DNA of 64,000 bases, taken from Anolis carolinensis (Eukaryota). The stretch lies in assembly GCF_035594765.1 (NCBI RefSeq), contig NC_085844.1, forward strand, positions 31,077,923 to 31,141,922, in the 5' to 3' direction. How positions within the stretch are numbered: position 1 is the first letter of the stretch; each line of letters begins with the position of its first letter. The notes beneath the pieces were generated by a model. That model ran no database searches. It worked only from the letters and a program-made list of their open reading frames with translations, and was not told the DNA's origin. Below, in pieces: positions 36,546-50,715 of the stretch. A program made the position numbers and the translations under genes.

Positions 36546-38769
36546 CAGACATACACACACAATGGCTTTGAAATGTTTTTCATCTTGTTTTTTGTTTACA
36601 TTGCCTTATTCCAGTATTCTGAAGAAGTGGTGTATATGTGGCATAGCCATCACTGCATACAACCTTTAAGGTTAAAATATTACCACCCTGAATTGTAGTT
36701 TTATAAAAGTTAATAATTCTACTCTAAAATAAAATATTCTTGATAGCATATACATTATTTAAATGGGTTTCCTGTACAGCTAGAGGAGCATTGTAACTTG
36801 AGTGTCCAGCTTTTGTAAGACTGCTAATTAAGAAATATGTATGGTCTTGCTGTGGATTGCTGTTTTTCAGACCACATTACATTTTGCTGTAACTACAATA
36901 CATGGATATGTAGAATAAATGGGGGTGAGAATTAGTTGATAGATGAGTGTTGCATAGTTTGCTTATCCTGGGCTTTTCCCCACTTAATTTGAATAGTCAG
37001 TATAGTTCAACCAAAAGTGACTTAATATCATTAAGAATTCACCTGAGTTTAAGCAGTGCAGGGGAGAGTGAGTACCGTTTCATAAATACTTAAATGTGTT
37101 TTTAGAGGGGGATAAGAGACCTCACAGTAAAAAAAAAAAATTCATAAAATCAGCCATCTTTATAACACTGATAAGGCAATGTAGATGTTCCAATAAAAGG
37201 GAAAAAATATTGTCGCAAATCTCCATACCATTGAATTAAATATAGGTTCAGTGTCTATAATAGAAATTTTCTAATGATGAAGGCATATTCATCCAGCATA
37301 CTGTTGTTTAGTCCATTATTTTGTATTGCAAATCATGTCTGACAGGTCTGCGTGTTTTAATTAAGCAGAATGATTATATAATAAAGCTAAGCTAAACTGT
37401 ATTCCTTATTGCCCATTTATGGCAAAGAATGAAGGTGGTTATTCTCTGGGTTAGAGGAGAACACACACAACTTGGGTTTCTTCCACCACTGTCCAGAGAC
37501 AGGTGGAAAGAACAATTGTCTGAAACGGGCTTTGTTTACACCTCCTTTTCAACCATCTTAAGCGACCAGTTCTTTCTCCTGCCTGTGCCCGGAGTCTTTT
37601 CTGGATGTATTTCTGGCTTGCCTCTGGCTTGCCCAATTAGATCTATAATCTTTTTGCTTTCTTTCCCTCTCATTTCATAAATAGGATTATTTGCAAAGCC
37701 TCCTCCTGGGACCTACTCATTAGAAGCCCCAGTCCTCCAAAGAAGATTTTGATAAGGCTGTCTTCTGCTCATAGTAGCAAAAAGAAAGCAGAATCTCATA
37801 TTCATTACTCTGAAGATTCAGATTGTGATTCCAGTATTCATTTCCTACCCCATGGATGTTATTGCTAAGAAGGGAGGAATGGTTGGAATCAGGTTACCTG
37901 TTGTGAATTCATTTGGCACCTTCTTGGTTTCAGGGCCTTGGCCCAAAAGAAGGCTTTTGCAAGGAGGCCAAGGAAAAGCAAACTGAGGACTTCTTAAAAG
38001 AAGGCCCTTTAAGCCTTGGCAATCATTGCTTCATCAGCTAGTTCACTAGTTATGCATGCCATTCTGTTGTGAGTTGAGCACATACTATAGGTGGAAAACT
38101 TGGATTACAAACCCTTGCATAATTTTTCCAAGATTTACAGGGCACTTCAATTTGTGGCAGGTGTTACCCCAGACTTCCTTAGTTTCACAGCAATATCTAT
38201 AGGGTTATATGGTGGCTAGATGCACTACATTACTTAAGCATTGGGAGGTGAGTGCACATTCTAGGGCTAAATTGTTTGGGAATGATATCTTTAAAAAGCA
38301 TTCTTGTAGAGACTAGGGACAAGAAGCAGGAAATAACTGTTATGACCAAGAAAGGGGATAGAAGCGCTTAATCTAATAAGGGGCCCTTTTAGTCATTTTC
38401 CTTGCCTGACATGGTTTTAATAGTTCAAGGGATCTTTGTTTCTTCAGGCCTGCCTGGCCTAGATCCAAATCCCCAAGGCCATTTACCTGCCCTAAACTTT
38501 AGACTCTGGTCGCCCAAAGTCTGAAACGAGTTGAAGACAAATAACAATCCTAATTATCTTGACTATCTGATCAGCCAGGAGGAGGCCCCCACTTCCCATT
38601 GTAATACTGGTAAGTTTATGTTGGCTAAAATTGTTCATTTTAAATATTGTAAATATTGTAGTGTATATTACATTGTAGTTTGTCTCCCCCCCCCCCCCCC
38701 AAATCTATAGTCCAGAAGTCTGAGGGACTGTGAACCGGCCCTCCGCTTAAAAAGTGTAATGATCCCTGC

Positions 38770-40250
38770 CCTAAAGGATGGAGGTTGACAGCAGTTCTGA
38801 AGTTGAGATGCCTCCAGCAGAGGGCATGATTTTCTTGGGAAAGCTGGGCTCTAACAACTACAGAGATGGATCTTGTAGTCTGGCACAGTTTGGCAATGGT
38901 CATGCTGACCTGCACACTGGAGGTATTGCTTGTTTCTCTGGACTTTGCAGAAGCATATCTGCCAAGACTGGAATCCTCAAGGTGGCTATTCCGACCTGTC
39001 TAATCTTTAGAAGCGCTCTCCATTTGGAGAGCCCCCTAATATCACACAAAGTATAAATGTCATTCTGGATTGAGCTTATTGGCAGGGAAGATTGGTTCAA
39101 GGACTTGGAGGTCACAGCATGAATTGGAGCTGAGTGGCCCATCTAGTTCTCCACTTTGCCACATTATTCAAGGGGAAACATCTACTGGTCCCCACAGACA
39201 GCACAACCACACAAACATTAAAAATATAGGAGATCAAGTCTTTCTCACGTTACAGGAAGACGTCTCCTGTTCCAACAGTCTGAGAGAACAGTCCTTTTCA
39301 GTGCGAAATGTCCAGGGAATCATCAATTTCTAGGCAGAAGCTTATGACTGGGGAACATGGTTATTTTCTCAGCATGATAGCAGGATCAGATTCTGTGCAG
39401 TGGATACGTTTGTGTTGCTGACAAATCCCAAGAGCCACAGAATCCTCACCAGGCTTCCCTGTTCAGGCACAAAGGGCAAGGATGCTCGATAGTGTCAGTG
39501 GCACAGGGTCTTGTGTTTGACTTCCCCCTTTCTCATATCCAGGCTGGTTAGGAAGAAGTCTCAAATCATTCTCACTGTGCCTTCTTGACTCGGGAGACTG
39601 GTTTTCTGCCCTGACAGCCAATGTCACTGTCCTGAACACCAGGACTTGTTAATGCAGGAACCCCTTCAACATTCAGATGCGACTTGCTTCCAGTCAGGCA
39701 CATGGAGGTTTAACAGAAATCAGAAAAATTGGTTATGTCAATTCTATGATCAGCATAGATCTTTCTTGCCAGAGGCTGGCAACTGTAAATTTTTAAGGTC
39801 ACATAGAAACTATTAATGGTATAAATCAAATTACCTTCGAAGTCCACTATATTTTTTGTTTTGCATCTCCTGGCTTTCCAGAGAAAGGTCTGGATTTAGG
39901 TCTGAGTCTTAATACATGAAATTGACAACTTGCATTGGTCTTATCTGCAGCTTTGCCATGGGACCCCATTTTCTTCTCCCCCCATGTTTAGCAGTTTCTT
40001 AGGAACATATCCCCTCCACTTAGGGACTGTTTTCCATCATGAACACAAAGAATGCCACATTTAGTACTTATTGTGAAGGTACCTTCTGGGTAATTGAGAG
40101 GTTGAATCCACCCTTTCCCAGCATAACTGCTCACGTTTTGGTTCTAAGATGCAATGGCTTCTTTACTTTTCCTGTTTTATTGTTTCTCTGGGTTGTCTGC
40201 ATTCAGGTTTGCTAATAAGTGAACTGGTCTCTAAGAAGAGGAATCAGTCT
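38770..40250 (+). mobile_element. DIRS1-like relic continuing into a tyrosine-recombinase-like region (may begin further left, ~37400)
   Basis: RNaseH-like motif as at 6531; FPEKGLDLGLSLNT at 39875-39916 resembles the DIRS YR N-terminal FLQxGLxxGLSxxT; boundaries approximate. Confidence 0.6.
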
Positions 40251-40678
40251 ATTTTCAAGTGTTACAAGGCATCGTTGTTCCTCCTGCCTTGCGAGAAACA
40301 TAACTTGTGTGGAAATCTACTCTTGGAATTACCCTTCACAAGTACCCAATATGGATTTTTCATCAGCTGCTGAACTGACTTCCATAATCAAACTCTGCAA
40401 GAAACAAATGAAGATGTAGAAATGATACATAGTCTTATAAATTTTAAAGGAAACTAGAGAATTGTTCCTTTCTATGTGTGTGTGTTTTTTAAAAAAGAAA
40501 AAAAAAGAATACCAATACTCTGAAAACACATCTCTCCACATGCTGGATTGAAACTTCCAGTATTTCTCACAATTGGCCAAGTTAGTTAGGGTTGTGGTCC
40601 AATATCCTATGTAAAGCCACACTATTCCCTCTCTCTACTCCTATCATAAACCCAAACTTGCTGACTCACTTATGTAGA

Positions 40679-40684
40679 TTTATT
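40679..40684 (-). terminator. Candidate CIBAR1 polyA signal
   Basis: AATAAA on the minus strand ~210 nt after the stop. Confidence 0.45.
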
Positions 40685-40894
40685 AAAGAATCATTAATAC
40701 AACTTACATTTAGTATTTAAGGCAATAATCCCTTTAAATGTCAAGTCATCAAGAAATTGCAAGTTGGCCAAGTAACAAATGTCTTTCTTAAAGTAGGCAG
40801 TTCTTTAAATTGAAATATAATTGGCGGACTATGATAGCTAAATAACAAGCATCAATACAATACAAATGCAGTGAAAACATTCTGGTGACAAATA

Positions 40895-41002
40895 CTATCT
40901 TTCATCCTTGGTGCTTTCTAGTTCCTCATCTTCATCCTCATCTTCATAGTCATAATCCTCATCATCCTCTTCTTCATCCTTTTTCAACCGATTCCTTGAA
41001 AT
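40895..41002 (-). CDS. CIBAR1: CIBAR1/FAM92A exon 9 (acidic tail, stop)
   Basis: tagcag|ISRNRLKKDEEEDDEDYDYEDEDEDEELESTKDER*; NAGNAG alternative start at 41005. Confidence 0.85.
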   Translation of the reverse strand: MSRNRLKKDEEEDDEDYDYEDEDEDEELESTKDER

Positions 41003-41506
41003 CTGCTACCAGAGAATGTAACAAATCAGAGTATTTTGATAATTACGTTAAAGAGAAAATAGAATTAAGCTTTATAAAAGCAGTTACTTTGCATTTTGAA
41101 AACCTAGTACCTTACATTGAAAACAAGGTTTTTGAAGAAAGGAAAAATGTGGTCTATTGGTAGAAAACAATCATATTAAAGGGGCTGGAGAGCCTGTGGA
41201 CAGCATGAAGTCCATGTCTGAATTTCATATGGCCTCCTACCTCATCCTTGAAGAAGCAAGGAAAGAACATTCTCTGCCCCGAGAGAGAAAGCAAAAATAC
41301 TTTGAAAGCAGAGATCAAAGGATCAATGAAAATAGCTGTCTTGGTTATGGGAGTATGGAAACACATTTACCCTGATGTTAGGGCAGCTAGATATGCAAAA
41401 CATCTTTTGAGCATTCCTGTGTTTAGAGTTCACTTTAAGAAACAAGAGCCAGCTTATATTCTTGAGTCAATTCAAAGAATGTAACATAGTAAAGTATTCA
41501 AGCTAC

Positions 41507-41626
41507 CTGAACAATTCCAGTGCAATGTTTGGAAGAACTAGTTCTCTGAAGAGGAGACTTTGAATTGGCACGTACAATGTCCAAACGTGACTGATGATCT
41601 GGTGGATATAGTGAACTCCGAAACAC
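41507..41626 (-). CDS. CIBAR1: CIBAR1 exon 8
   Basis: cag|VFRSSLYPPDHQSRLDIVRANSKSPLQRTSSSKHCTGIVQ|gtagct. Confidence 0.92.
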
Positions 41627-41934
41627 CTGTTCAAACAAGTTTTCATTCAGAATATACATTAAACTAGTGGTTTTAAAATATTATATATTACATGAATCAT
41701 TTCTGCATCACTTTTCTTTCCATATCCTTATATTTAAAGAAGTTTTAAAAAACTAAAATAATGGCTTCTGAAATGTCCTTCAAAGGACATCCTAATTTGT
41801 ATTGCTACAGGGTGTATCCAATAGGCAAATGAACAGCTTCTGTTACCAGGAGGGATTTGGGTGGATTGAACAACCTCCAGAACAAATTTGGATTGGAAAA
41901 GCAAAGGTTAGGAGGAACCAGTTTGTTATGCGTG

Positions 41935-42370
41935 CAGTAGTGTCTTGGGTATCCGAGATAAAGGGGTGGGCCTAATCTTGGATAACTGAACTCCTCGGAT
42001 AAGGCGAGGGCTCGCCGAGGGACGTCTCCCTGGATCTCCCTCGGCCAGGCCCTTGCTGGAGGAAAGAGTTTCCTCCAGCAAGGGCTTGGCCGAGGAAAAC
42101 CCGCGGCATGGATTTCCCTCGGCCAGGCCCTTGCTGGAATCCTCCAGCAAGGGCCTGGCCGAGGGAGATCCAGGGAGACGTCCCTCGCGAGCCCTCACCC
42201 CTTGGGAAGCACGAGCGCTGCTAGCAGCGATCACGGGGCGCTTCCTTCTCCTCCCTCTTCTCTCGAGCTCCCTTCGCTCGAGAGGAGGAAGAGGGAGGGG
42301 TGCCCCCGGCGGCGCCACAGATGATACGGAGGCTCAGATTAGCGGGGCTTGGATTACCGAGACTCTACTG
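41935..42370. mobile_element. GC-rich Tc1/mariner-type MITE
   Basis: Ends CAGTAGTGTCTTGGGTATCC / GGATTACCGAGACTCTACTG|TA; internal palindromes. Confidence 0.7.
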
Positions 42371-42406
42371 TATATGCAGATGTCTGCTGGGGCAATGCTG
42401 CATGTA

Positions 42407-42943
42407 CGAGGGTTGAAGGAAAAGTAATGCCTCCATATTCGTTACTTAGGTTTGGATGTGAATATTTTAATCAATCAAACACAGAAATAGTCCTTAGAAT
42501 GTGCTCTTTAACTATCACTATTCACTTTTCAACATAATCACCAGACAATTGGATACATTTCTGCCAACGATGAACTTTGTTTGTCATGCAATTCAGATGT
42601 TCCCACCTCAACATCTTTAAACTTACTCGCCCAACGACGCACAGTACTCACATCAACACAATCACTATAAACAGCTTGCATTCTCTGATGAATCTCCTTT
42701 AGAGTGACACCTTCTGCTGTCAAGAATTCAATAACTGCACGTAGCTTAAGTCGCATTGACTGACCATCTGCGCAGGATTCCATACTTCGCACTTTAACAA
42801 CACAACCATTCAATGCTAAGGCTTTCCGCCAAATGGAACTGTAGAGGAGAGTCTACTGAACAAGCCAGTACCTGCCGCATACCAGTACTGCCATCTGTTG
42901 AGGAGCTATGAAGGTGGAGGCATTACTTTTCATTTAACCCTTG
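42407..42943 (-). mobile_element. Internally deleted mariner transposon
   Basis: TA-flanked TIRs CGAGGGTTGAAGGAAAAGTAATGCCTCC; N-terminal HTH peptide LRAVIEFLTAEGVTLKEIHQRMQAVYSDCVDVSTVRRWASKFK. Confidence 0.85.
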
Positions 42944-43210
42944 TAGTCTTTAGTTTGCTTCAAAATAGTTTTTATTTTAAGCAATCTGATAAGTCACTAA
43001 AAGAATACAACCGCATACACTGCTGGCATTCTCAACCATCATGTTTACTAAATGATAGACCAATGGCGTGAAAACTACTGGTGCTACAGAAAGACCTTTG
43101 AATTCAATATTGTGTGAAACCGTGCAGAAATACACTTGTCTGGGTTACAGTCATGATGTTTCATAAAAATCTCCAGTGCAACCTTACATACAATACAGCT
43201 GGTCTCTTAC

Positions 43211-43324
43211 CTGTAAGTCCTCATTTTCATCAATATTTTGTATACTTTGGAAGGCAGCAGTGTAAATCTCTAAGGCTTTTCCATGGAAGAGCATTTCTAT
43301 TGTTATAAATTCTGAAAATATGTT
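43211..43324 (-). CDS. CIBAR1: CIBAR1 exon 7
   Basis: tttcag|NIFSEFITIEMLFHGKALEIYTAAFQSIQNIDENEDLQ|gtaaga. Confidence 0.93.
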
Positions 43325-44094
43325 CTGAAAACAAGTCAAGGTAAAAAGTGTTAATGTTAGTTGCCATTATTCTCTAGTTACTGATATAGTTTAATGGCAA
43401 TATGTACATGAATTGTCACAATGTAGAAAAGCTAGCAGGTTGGTTACGTTAAATAAGATTGACATACGGTTTACATATATTAGCCCCTGCACAGTTAGAA
43501 CACAAGATCTTCTTGTAGGAAGTCATTTCTCCTTCATCTGACACTGAAATCAGCCAGACTAGTGAACTTCTATCCAAGATGGCAAACCCCACTGTAATTT
43601 CTGCCCTATGGTAGAAATATTCCCCATTATGAATATACAACTATGGTCTAGTATTTATCTGATAGGGAACATTCAGCCTTCTAGATTTTGATGAACTACT
43701 CAACAAATCAAGGCATGCCACCGGAGGTCAACACCTGGAGGGCCAATTTCCCCAGCCCTGGCCTACCTGAAGCTATTATTCTCGGTGAGCTATTACTGCT
43801 CAGGTTGTCCAGGTATGTAGAATTTTGTAGAATTAGTATGCTATGTATGATCTGAAAACATTTTAATGGGATTACAAGTCTAAAATTGTAATCAAATAGT
43901 CCATGGCTTGCTGCCATTGCCATTGATTTACTGCTGTATTAACTCTTGTTTTATTGTCTTACTGTGTTTTATTATTTTTTTGTATATTGTTCAATGTATT
44001 TATGCTGTTGTTTTTTAAATTGTGCTAGTTGGGCCTTGCCTCATGTGAGCTGCTCCGGGTCCCCGTGGGGAGATGGTGGCAGGGTATAAATAAA

Positions 44095-44095
<1 letters not shown>

Positions 44096-44140
<45 letters not shown>
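44096..44140. repeat. (TTA)n microsatellite tail of a short retroposon
   Basis: About 15 TTA units after ATAAATAAAG. Confidence 0.9.
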
Positions 44141-44141
<1 letters not shown>

Positions 44142-44276
44142 AAGCCAGACTGCCAATATGCCATGAGTGGAGATGATGGGAGCTTGTGAACCAACCCATC
44201 TGGAAGCCATGAGTTTAGGGAAGGCTGTGTTAGCCCCTTCCATTTAGCATAAAGCTGACATTTCATTTTATCTCTG

Positions 44277-44551
44277 AAGCCCCCGGTGGTGTAGTGGATT
44301 AAAGCCTTGTGACTTGAAGGTTGGGTTGCTGATCTGAAAGCTGCCAGGCTCGAATCCCACCCAGGGAGAGCGCGGATGAGCTCCCTCTATCAGCTGCAGC
44401 TCTATGCGGGGACATGAGAGAAGCCTCCCACAAGGATGATAAAAACATCAAAACATCCGGGCATCCCCTGGGCAATGTCCTTGCAGATGGCCAATTCTCT
44501 CACACCAGAAGCGACTTGCAGTTTCTCAAGTCGCTCCAACACGAAAAAAAA
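44277..44551 (+). mobile_element. tRNA-derived SINE (second Anolis-type family)
   Basis: Head GCCCCCGGTGGTGTAGTGG; tail GTCGCTCCAACACGAAAAAAA; related copies at 53979-54265 and 55785-56037 on the minus strand. Confidence 0.8.
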
Positions 44552-44778
44552 TCTGTGCAATGCACTAATGTTCTCTTAGGTGCTCATGAGAAATGCTCTG
44601 TGCATATGGATGCATATACATAAACCTCCTTTATGTGAGTAGGCTGGTCCATGCATTTTAACAGATTTAACTGCAAATTGTTCTGACAACCAATCAATTT
44701 CAACCAAATAAATTATCTGAATAATATGTATTTTGGATATTGTAAGGCTACTGTTTCATATTCAAACTAAATACAAAC

Positions 44779-44883
44779 CTTTATGTCTTTTATTTTTTGT
44801 TTTTCAAAGTTGTCAATGGTTTCTTCCAAATGTCTAGTTGTTCGAGTGGCATCTAGTGAAGCTCTCTGTAATTCACTTTCAGC
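44779..44883 (-). CDS. CIBAR1: CIBAR1 exon 6
   Basis: ttttaag|AESELQRASLDATRTTRHLEETIDNFEKQKIKDIK|gtttgt. Confidence 0.93.
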
Positions 44884-45508
44884 CTTAAAATGTAAATAAT
44901 AATTATTTCTTAAATACATGTTAGCTTTTAACTACAGAATTTATTAGGTTGTACTTAAATGGAAATTACAACAATTGTCATTTACCAAAATATAGTATTT
45001 ATCTACTGAAATATGTTTCCAAGATTTGAGAAACATAACAGGCTTTATGTAATGTATGGAAGTTACAAATACACTTAATTATGTTTGCTATTGTTTTAAG
45101 TTAGCTATGAATGCACAATAGAAAGCCAGTAGGATGTTATAGGGAAAACATTAATGAGAAGTTTTCTGGAAATGGGTTTACCTTAAAGATCACATATTTC
45201 TTCTTCTTTTTTCTAAGATAATATTTCAGAAATGTAATTAGGTTTTATGTGTATGGATTTGTCCATATGTGAACATTAACCAAAAGAAGCATTCATTCAG
45301 AAATTCTCAAGTACAGAAGATTCTCAAATACAGAATATGCTATAGATTCATCTTTCTGCATTAAGTGATCTTAAAGTTAAGAACAGAATAGTGCAAAGAG
45401 GGCTTCTGCATAAATCACCAAGATAACTAATAATATATAGTTTAAAGACAGAGGAAGGACGTTTAGAAAGGTGAGAAGGAATTGGGTTGTTCAAGATCAA
45501 GCATGCTG

Positions 45509-48500
45509 TCAGGCTTGGAAGAAAACGAATATGGGATGAGATACTCAAAAAATCTGCTGCAGAACCAATAATATACAACAAAAGAAGAGTAGTGATCATG
45601 AAAGAATCTTCGCTAGGAATACTTAACAGGAGAAGAAAATACTCATTCCTCACAGAAGTATTAAAAAAGAGAGAACATCAGATTTTGTTGGGAGAAACCC
45701 GAAGGCCTAATGGTCACATATCAAGAATCAAGACATTGGCTGACATCAATAGAAAAAGCCAAGACATTCTATCAAAGATACATGAAAAAGAAAGGTAAGG
45801 AGATGGCAGACCCAAATGAGATAGAGGAAGAAAAGGATTGTTCAAACACGGAAGCCGAAGATGAATTCTTACTGGAACTGAAAACTATCAGAGACAAGCG
45901 GGAGAAGAAAAAAAAGATTAAGGGAATTCTCCCCAGAAAACTACACCTTGTACACTCCCCCGGCGGGTCGGAAAGGAGAACAAGCAGAGAATGATGAAGA
46001 TGATGGAACTCAAAATATACTCAAATAACTTAAACGGAATAAATTCAGCATAAAAAAGGAACAGAGTCTTTAATTTGTTAAAAAAAAGGCAGATATGACC
46101 TGATTGCAATACAGGAGACACACATTTGTAACAGACATGTTGCACACCTGGTAAATAAAACATTAGGGAAGGAATTCTACTCATCTTCAAATGAGAAAAA
46201 AAGAGTAGTAGTAATATATGTAAATGAAAAAATCCCAGCTAATTTGGCTTTTAAAGATTCTGAAGGGAGATTTGTAGCGATTAAAATTGAAATAAGTAAT
46301 CTTTTATAAAAATTTGTAACATTTATGCCCTGAATGGACCGAAAGTAAATTTTTGTAAAAACCTCCAGGAAAGAATAAGAGAACAAGAATTCGATGAGCT
46401 GATATTAATTGGGGACTTTAATGGGGTAATTCCAAAATTCGATAGAACATCAATTAAAACCAAAGACAAGAACGAGAAGGCAGGAAAACTACCACAAATC
46501 TTCCTTAAACTCAAAGAAAACTTTCACCTGGAAGATATATGGCGTCTGCAAAACCCAGACAACAGGGATTACACATACTACTCAAATAGACATCAGTCTT
46601 GGTCCCGCATTGACATGGTTTGGACTACAAGAATGTTAGCTACAAAAATTAAGAAAATAGAAATATTACCAAGAGTGAACTCAGATCACTGCGCTCTAAA
46701 AATTCAAGTCAATGAACATCAAAGACAATATAAATGGAGATTAAAAGATAACCTAATAAAAAGACCCAAAGGATATAGAAAATATTAGGAAACTTCTGAA
46801 AGAATATCTGCAACTAAACTATATAGAAGATATACCTAAACAAACAGTGTGGGATGCCTGGAAATCAGTAATGCGGGGCTGTTTAATATCACAGAATCAG
46901 GCACAGAATAAATTAAGACTCAAAGATTATAATAAAGTAATGGACGAAATGAGGAAAAAAGAAAAGATGCTTGAAACCTTATCTACAGACAAAACAATAA
47001 GTAGAGAGATAGTAATATTTTAAAAAACCTAGAATTGCTAGATAGTGAAAATATTGCCAAATCACTGAAATATATAAACCAAGATTACTTCCAAAATGCC
47101 AACAAAATTGGGAAATGGTTGGCAAGAAAAATTCAAAACAAAAGACAAACCCAATATATCACTAAGATTAAAAAAGACGGAAAAGTATTTTATGAAAACA
47201 AAACTATAAGTCAACAATTTAGAGACTATTATGAGAAATTATATGCCGCAGAAGAAATCAACAATAATGAAATTGTCTCCTATCTAGGAAAGCTAAAACT
47301 AGAAAAACTAACAGATGAACAGAGATTAGACCTAAATAAAGAAATCACGAATGAAGAAATAAACAATGCCATCCGCAATCTACAAAATAACAAGGCCCCA
47401 GGACCTGACGGCTTTACGGCAATCTTTTACAAAACTTACAAAGAACTGACTTCACTTCTAAAAGAGATTATGAACGACGCACTGACAAAGCAAAAAATCC
47501 CTTAAACATGGGAAGGAGCCAGTATAACGTTAATCCATAAGGAAAACACGGACCCCGAAAACGTTAAAAACTATCACCCAATCACACTATTGAATGTGGA
47601 TTATAAGATTTTCACATCAATACTGGCAGACAGACTAAAACGTTTTTTGACAAATTGGATAAATGAAGATCAAACCGTTTTTTTTGCCTAACAGACAGTT
47701 ACGGGACAACATAAGAAATCTCATAAATACAATTGAATACTATGACAAAAATAATGAAAAAGAGTTTGCATTGATGTTTATAGACGCGGCAAAGGCTTTT
47801 GATAAAGTAAGCTGGAATTTCGTCTTTAGAACTGTGGAGGAAGTAGATATGGGATATCAATTTATTAATGCAATTAAGGCAATATACAAAAAGCAGGAAG
47901 CAAAAATCATAGTAAAGGGCCAAGAAAACTCAGAAATAGTAAAAATGTATAGAGGAACGAGACAAGGCTGTCCCCTATCTCCCTTGCTTTTTATAATGGC
48001 ATTGGAACTGTTGTTAAAAAACATAAGAGAAGATAAAAATCTAACAGGCATGAAAATAAGAAAGGAAGAATATAAACTGCAGGCATATGAAGACGATCTG
48101 GTACTTATAATTGAAAACCCACTAGGCAAAATTCAAATATGAATTAAGAAAGTTGAGGATTTCGGAAAATTAGCAGGCTTCAAACTAAATACAGAGAAAA
48201 CCAAAATACTAACAAAGAATATGACCAAGGATAGGGTCAAAGAATTAGAGGAAGAATCAAAATAGAGAACAGAGAAGAAGATGAAATACTTAGGGGTCAT
48301 TATTACTACAAACAATACTAATCTCCTTAAAAACAACTACGAGGATAAATGGAAAAATATCCAAAAATTGGAAATACCTAAATGTCTCACTTCTAGGGAG
48401 AATTGCAATTATAAAAATTAATATTTTGCCGAAATTACTGTTCCTCTTTCAGAACCTTTCCATCATATGAAATAACCACTTGTTCAATAAATGGCACAAA

Positions 48501-49963
48501 GAAATCTCACAATTTATATGGAATGGAAAGAAGCCCAGAATTAAAACAAAAATACTCACAGATAAAAACAAAAGAGGGGGACTAGGGCTGCCAAATATGA
48601 GACTGTACTATGAGGCATGCGCCCTTACGTGGATCAAAGATTGAGCAACATTAGAAAGGAAAAAACTACTAGACCTGGAGGGACATGATCTGAGGTTTGG
48701 GTGGCATGGATACCTTTGGTACCAAAAAAAGAAAGTGGAAAGAAACTTTAATAATCATTTTATAAGGGCAGCGCTAATTAGAGTTTGGGAGAAACACAAG
48801 ATGAGATTTTATAATAAAACTCCATTATGGATATCTTGGGTTGAGGCTAAACATAAGAAAGAATTGGGAGACAATAAATGGCTCACATATAAACAAATCA
48901 TGAAGGCGCAAGATAAAGACCAGACAATAAAGACATATGATGAAATCAAGCCATCGAACCTGAAGATAACCTGGTTCCAATATTACCAAATTAAAGAATG
49001 TTATAAAGAAGATAAAGTAAAGGGCTTCATGGTCAAAGAGAATATTCGGGATACAATAATGAAAAAGAAACAAAAAACTATAAAAATATTATATAATCAA
49101 TTATTAGAGTGGGACACAGAAACAGAACTGATTAAATCCTGCATGATACAATGGGCCAAAGACCTCAACAGGACAATTAAACTTGAGGAATGGGAAAACA
49201 TGTGGAACAAAAAGCTAAAATACACTGCTTAAATATACTTAAGAGAAAATTGGCTCAAAATGTTTCACAGGTGGTATCTCACCCCTGAGAAGCTGGCAAA
49301 ATTCTATAGGAACGTATCAAACAAATGCTGGAGATGTGAAACAATGAAAGGTACGTTCCTCCATCAGTGGTGGTTATGTAAGAAAATCCAGAAGTTCTGG
49401 GAAGAAGTTAGGAAGAGTATAGAAGAAACCCTCCAGGTCAATATTAAAATGAAACCAGAATACTTCCTCTTGAGTATCACTGACATCAAATTAAACAAAA
49501 ACCAAGAGAAATTGTTCTTTTATCTAACCATGCCGCTAGAATTATCATAGCCAAAAAATGGAGACAAAAAGAAATACCAGACATACATGAATGGACTACT
49601 AAAGTATTTGAGATTATGCAAATGGACATTCTCACAAAAAGAATTATATTAGGACATAAAATAACAGACTGGTCAAGAGTCAAGAACTTCCTAGAGAAGC
49701 AATGAACACCATTATAGAATCAATATGAGAAGTCAGTAAGATAATGATACTTATAAACATAAAAGACAGAAGGAGGGGAACTATATAAGATGGATATGAA
49801 ACATGCCTGAAAGGAATGAATTGGAAGGCAAATACTTTTTTAAAAATATATTTTTCTTCTTTTTTCCCTTTCTCCTTTTTTTCTCATTCTATCTTTCCTA
49901 TACCCACCATTGTTCTCACTCTTTCTATGTACAGAAACACTTAATAAAAACATTATATAAAAA
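45509..49963 (+). mobile_element. L1-clade LINE, 5'-truncated in ORF1, ORF2 disrupted; antisense in CIBAR1 intron 5
   Basis: 16-bp TSD AAGATCAAGCATGCTG (45493-45508 / 49964-49979); APE motifs (GDFN, SRID, SDH); KAPGPDGF; GTRQGCPLSPLLF; YEDD; CCHC CWRC...HQWWLC; AATAAA and A tail. Confidence 0.95.
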
Positions 49964-50709
49964 AAGATCAAGCATGCTGCAGAAAAAACCCCCTCCAAAG
50001 ATAGCACAAAACTCAGAAGATTAAAAAGTCTAGGAGGCTGACAGTATTATGTTACAGAGGAAACAGAAAGAAAAATGTTGGAAGAAATATCAGTCGGTAG
50101 ATGCAAAAACTTAGGACTTCAAAGGTTTATGATTACATTAGAAACTAGTGTTGAAAACAACTAATACAAATGGCTGGTGTGATTATAGTGTACTAAGGGA
50201 GCTTTTTAGGGAGGAATTTTAAAAGCAAAGAGGGAGTGTGTGTAATGAAGGACAGTAGCATATGGAAGACATTATCATTGCATGCATGGAGGAAACAATG
50301 ATATGCTTCATTGTTGTTTGACACAACACTATTTTCTTATATTCCAGAGAGAAAGTGAAAGGCTCTATAATTTTATTTGTCAAAAGTTTCAAAAATAAAA
50401 AGTGACAGTTGGTATTCCATACACAGTTCATTAAGAATCCAATAATGCTAAAAACATTTTATCTAGTGAAACAAGAAAGAGTAGGAACTGAAAATAATAC
50501 CAGTCTTTTATGGTTTAACTAGATCAAATGTTTTTAGCAGTATTGGATTTTAATTAACATCAACCAATAACATTTATCTGCACTACAGCAGCCAATAATA
50601 ATATAGATACAGCTGGTGTACTGTCCACTCACCTAGAAGAATACAAAGAAATATATAAAGTAAAAGTATCAGTGCTAAACTTTTGTGTTTTCTCTAATAG
50701 AAGACCCAC

Positions 50710-50715
50710 CTGAGA
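50710..50715 (-). CDS. CIBAR1: CIBAR1 exon 5: 6-nt microexon (Ser-Gln)
   Basis: tttccttcactgctaaatacag|TCTCAG|gtgggt; supplies the SQ of conserved RH(V/I)ISQAE that exons 4 and 6 lack. Confidence 0.8.
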
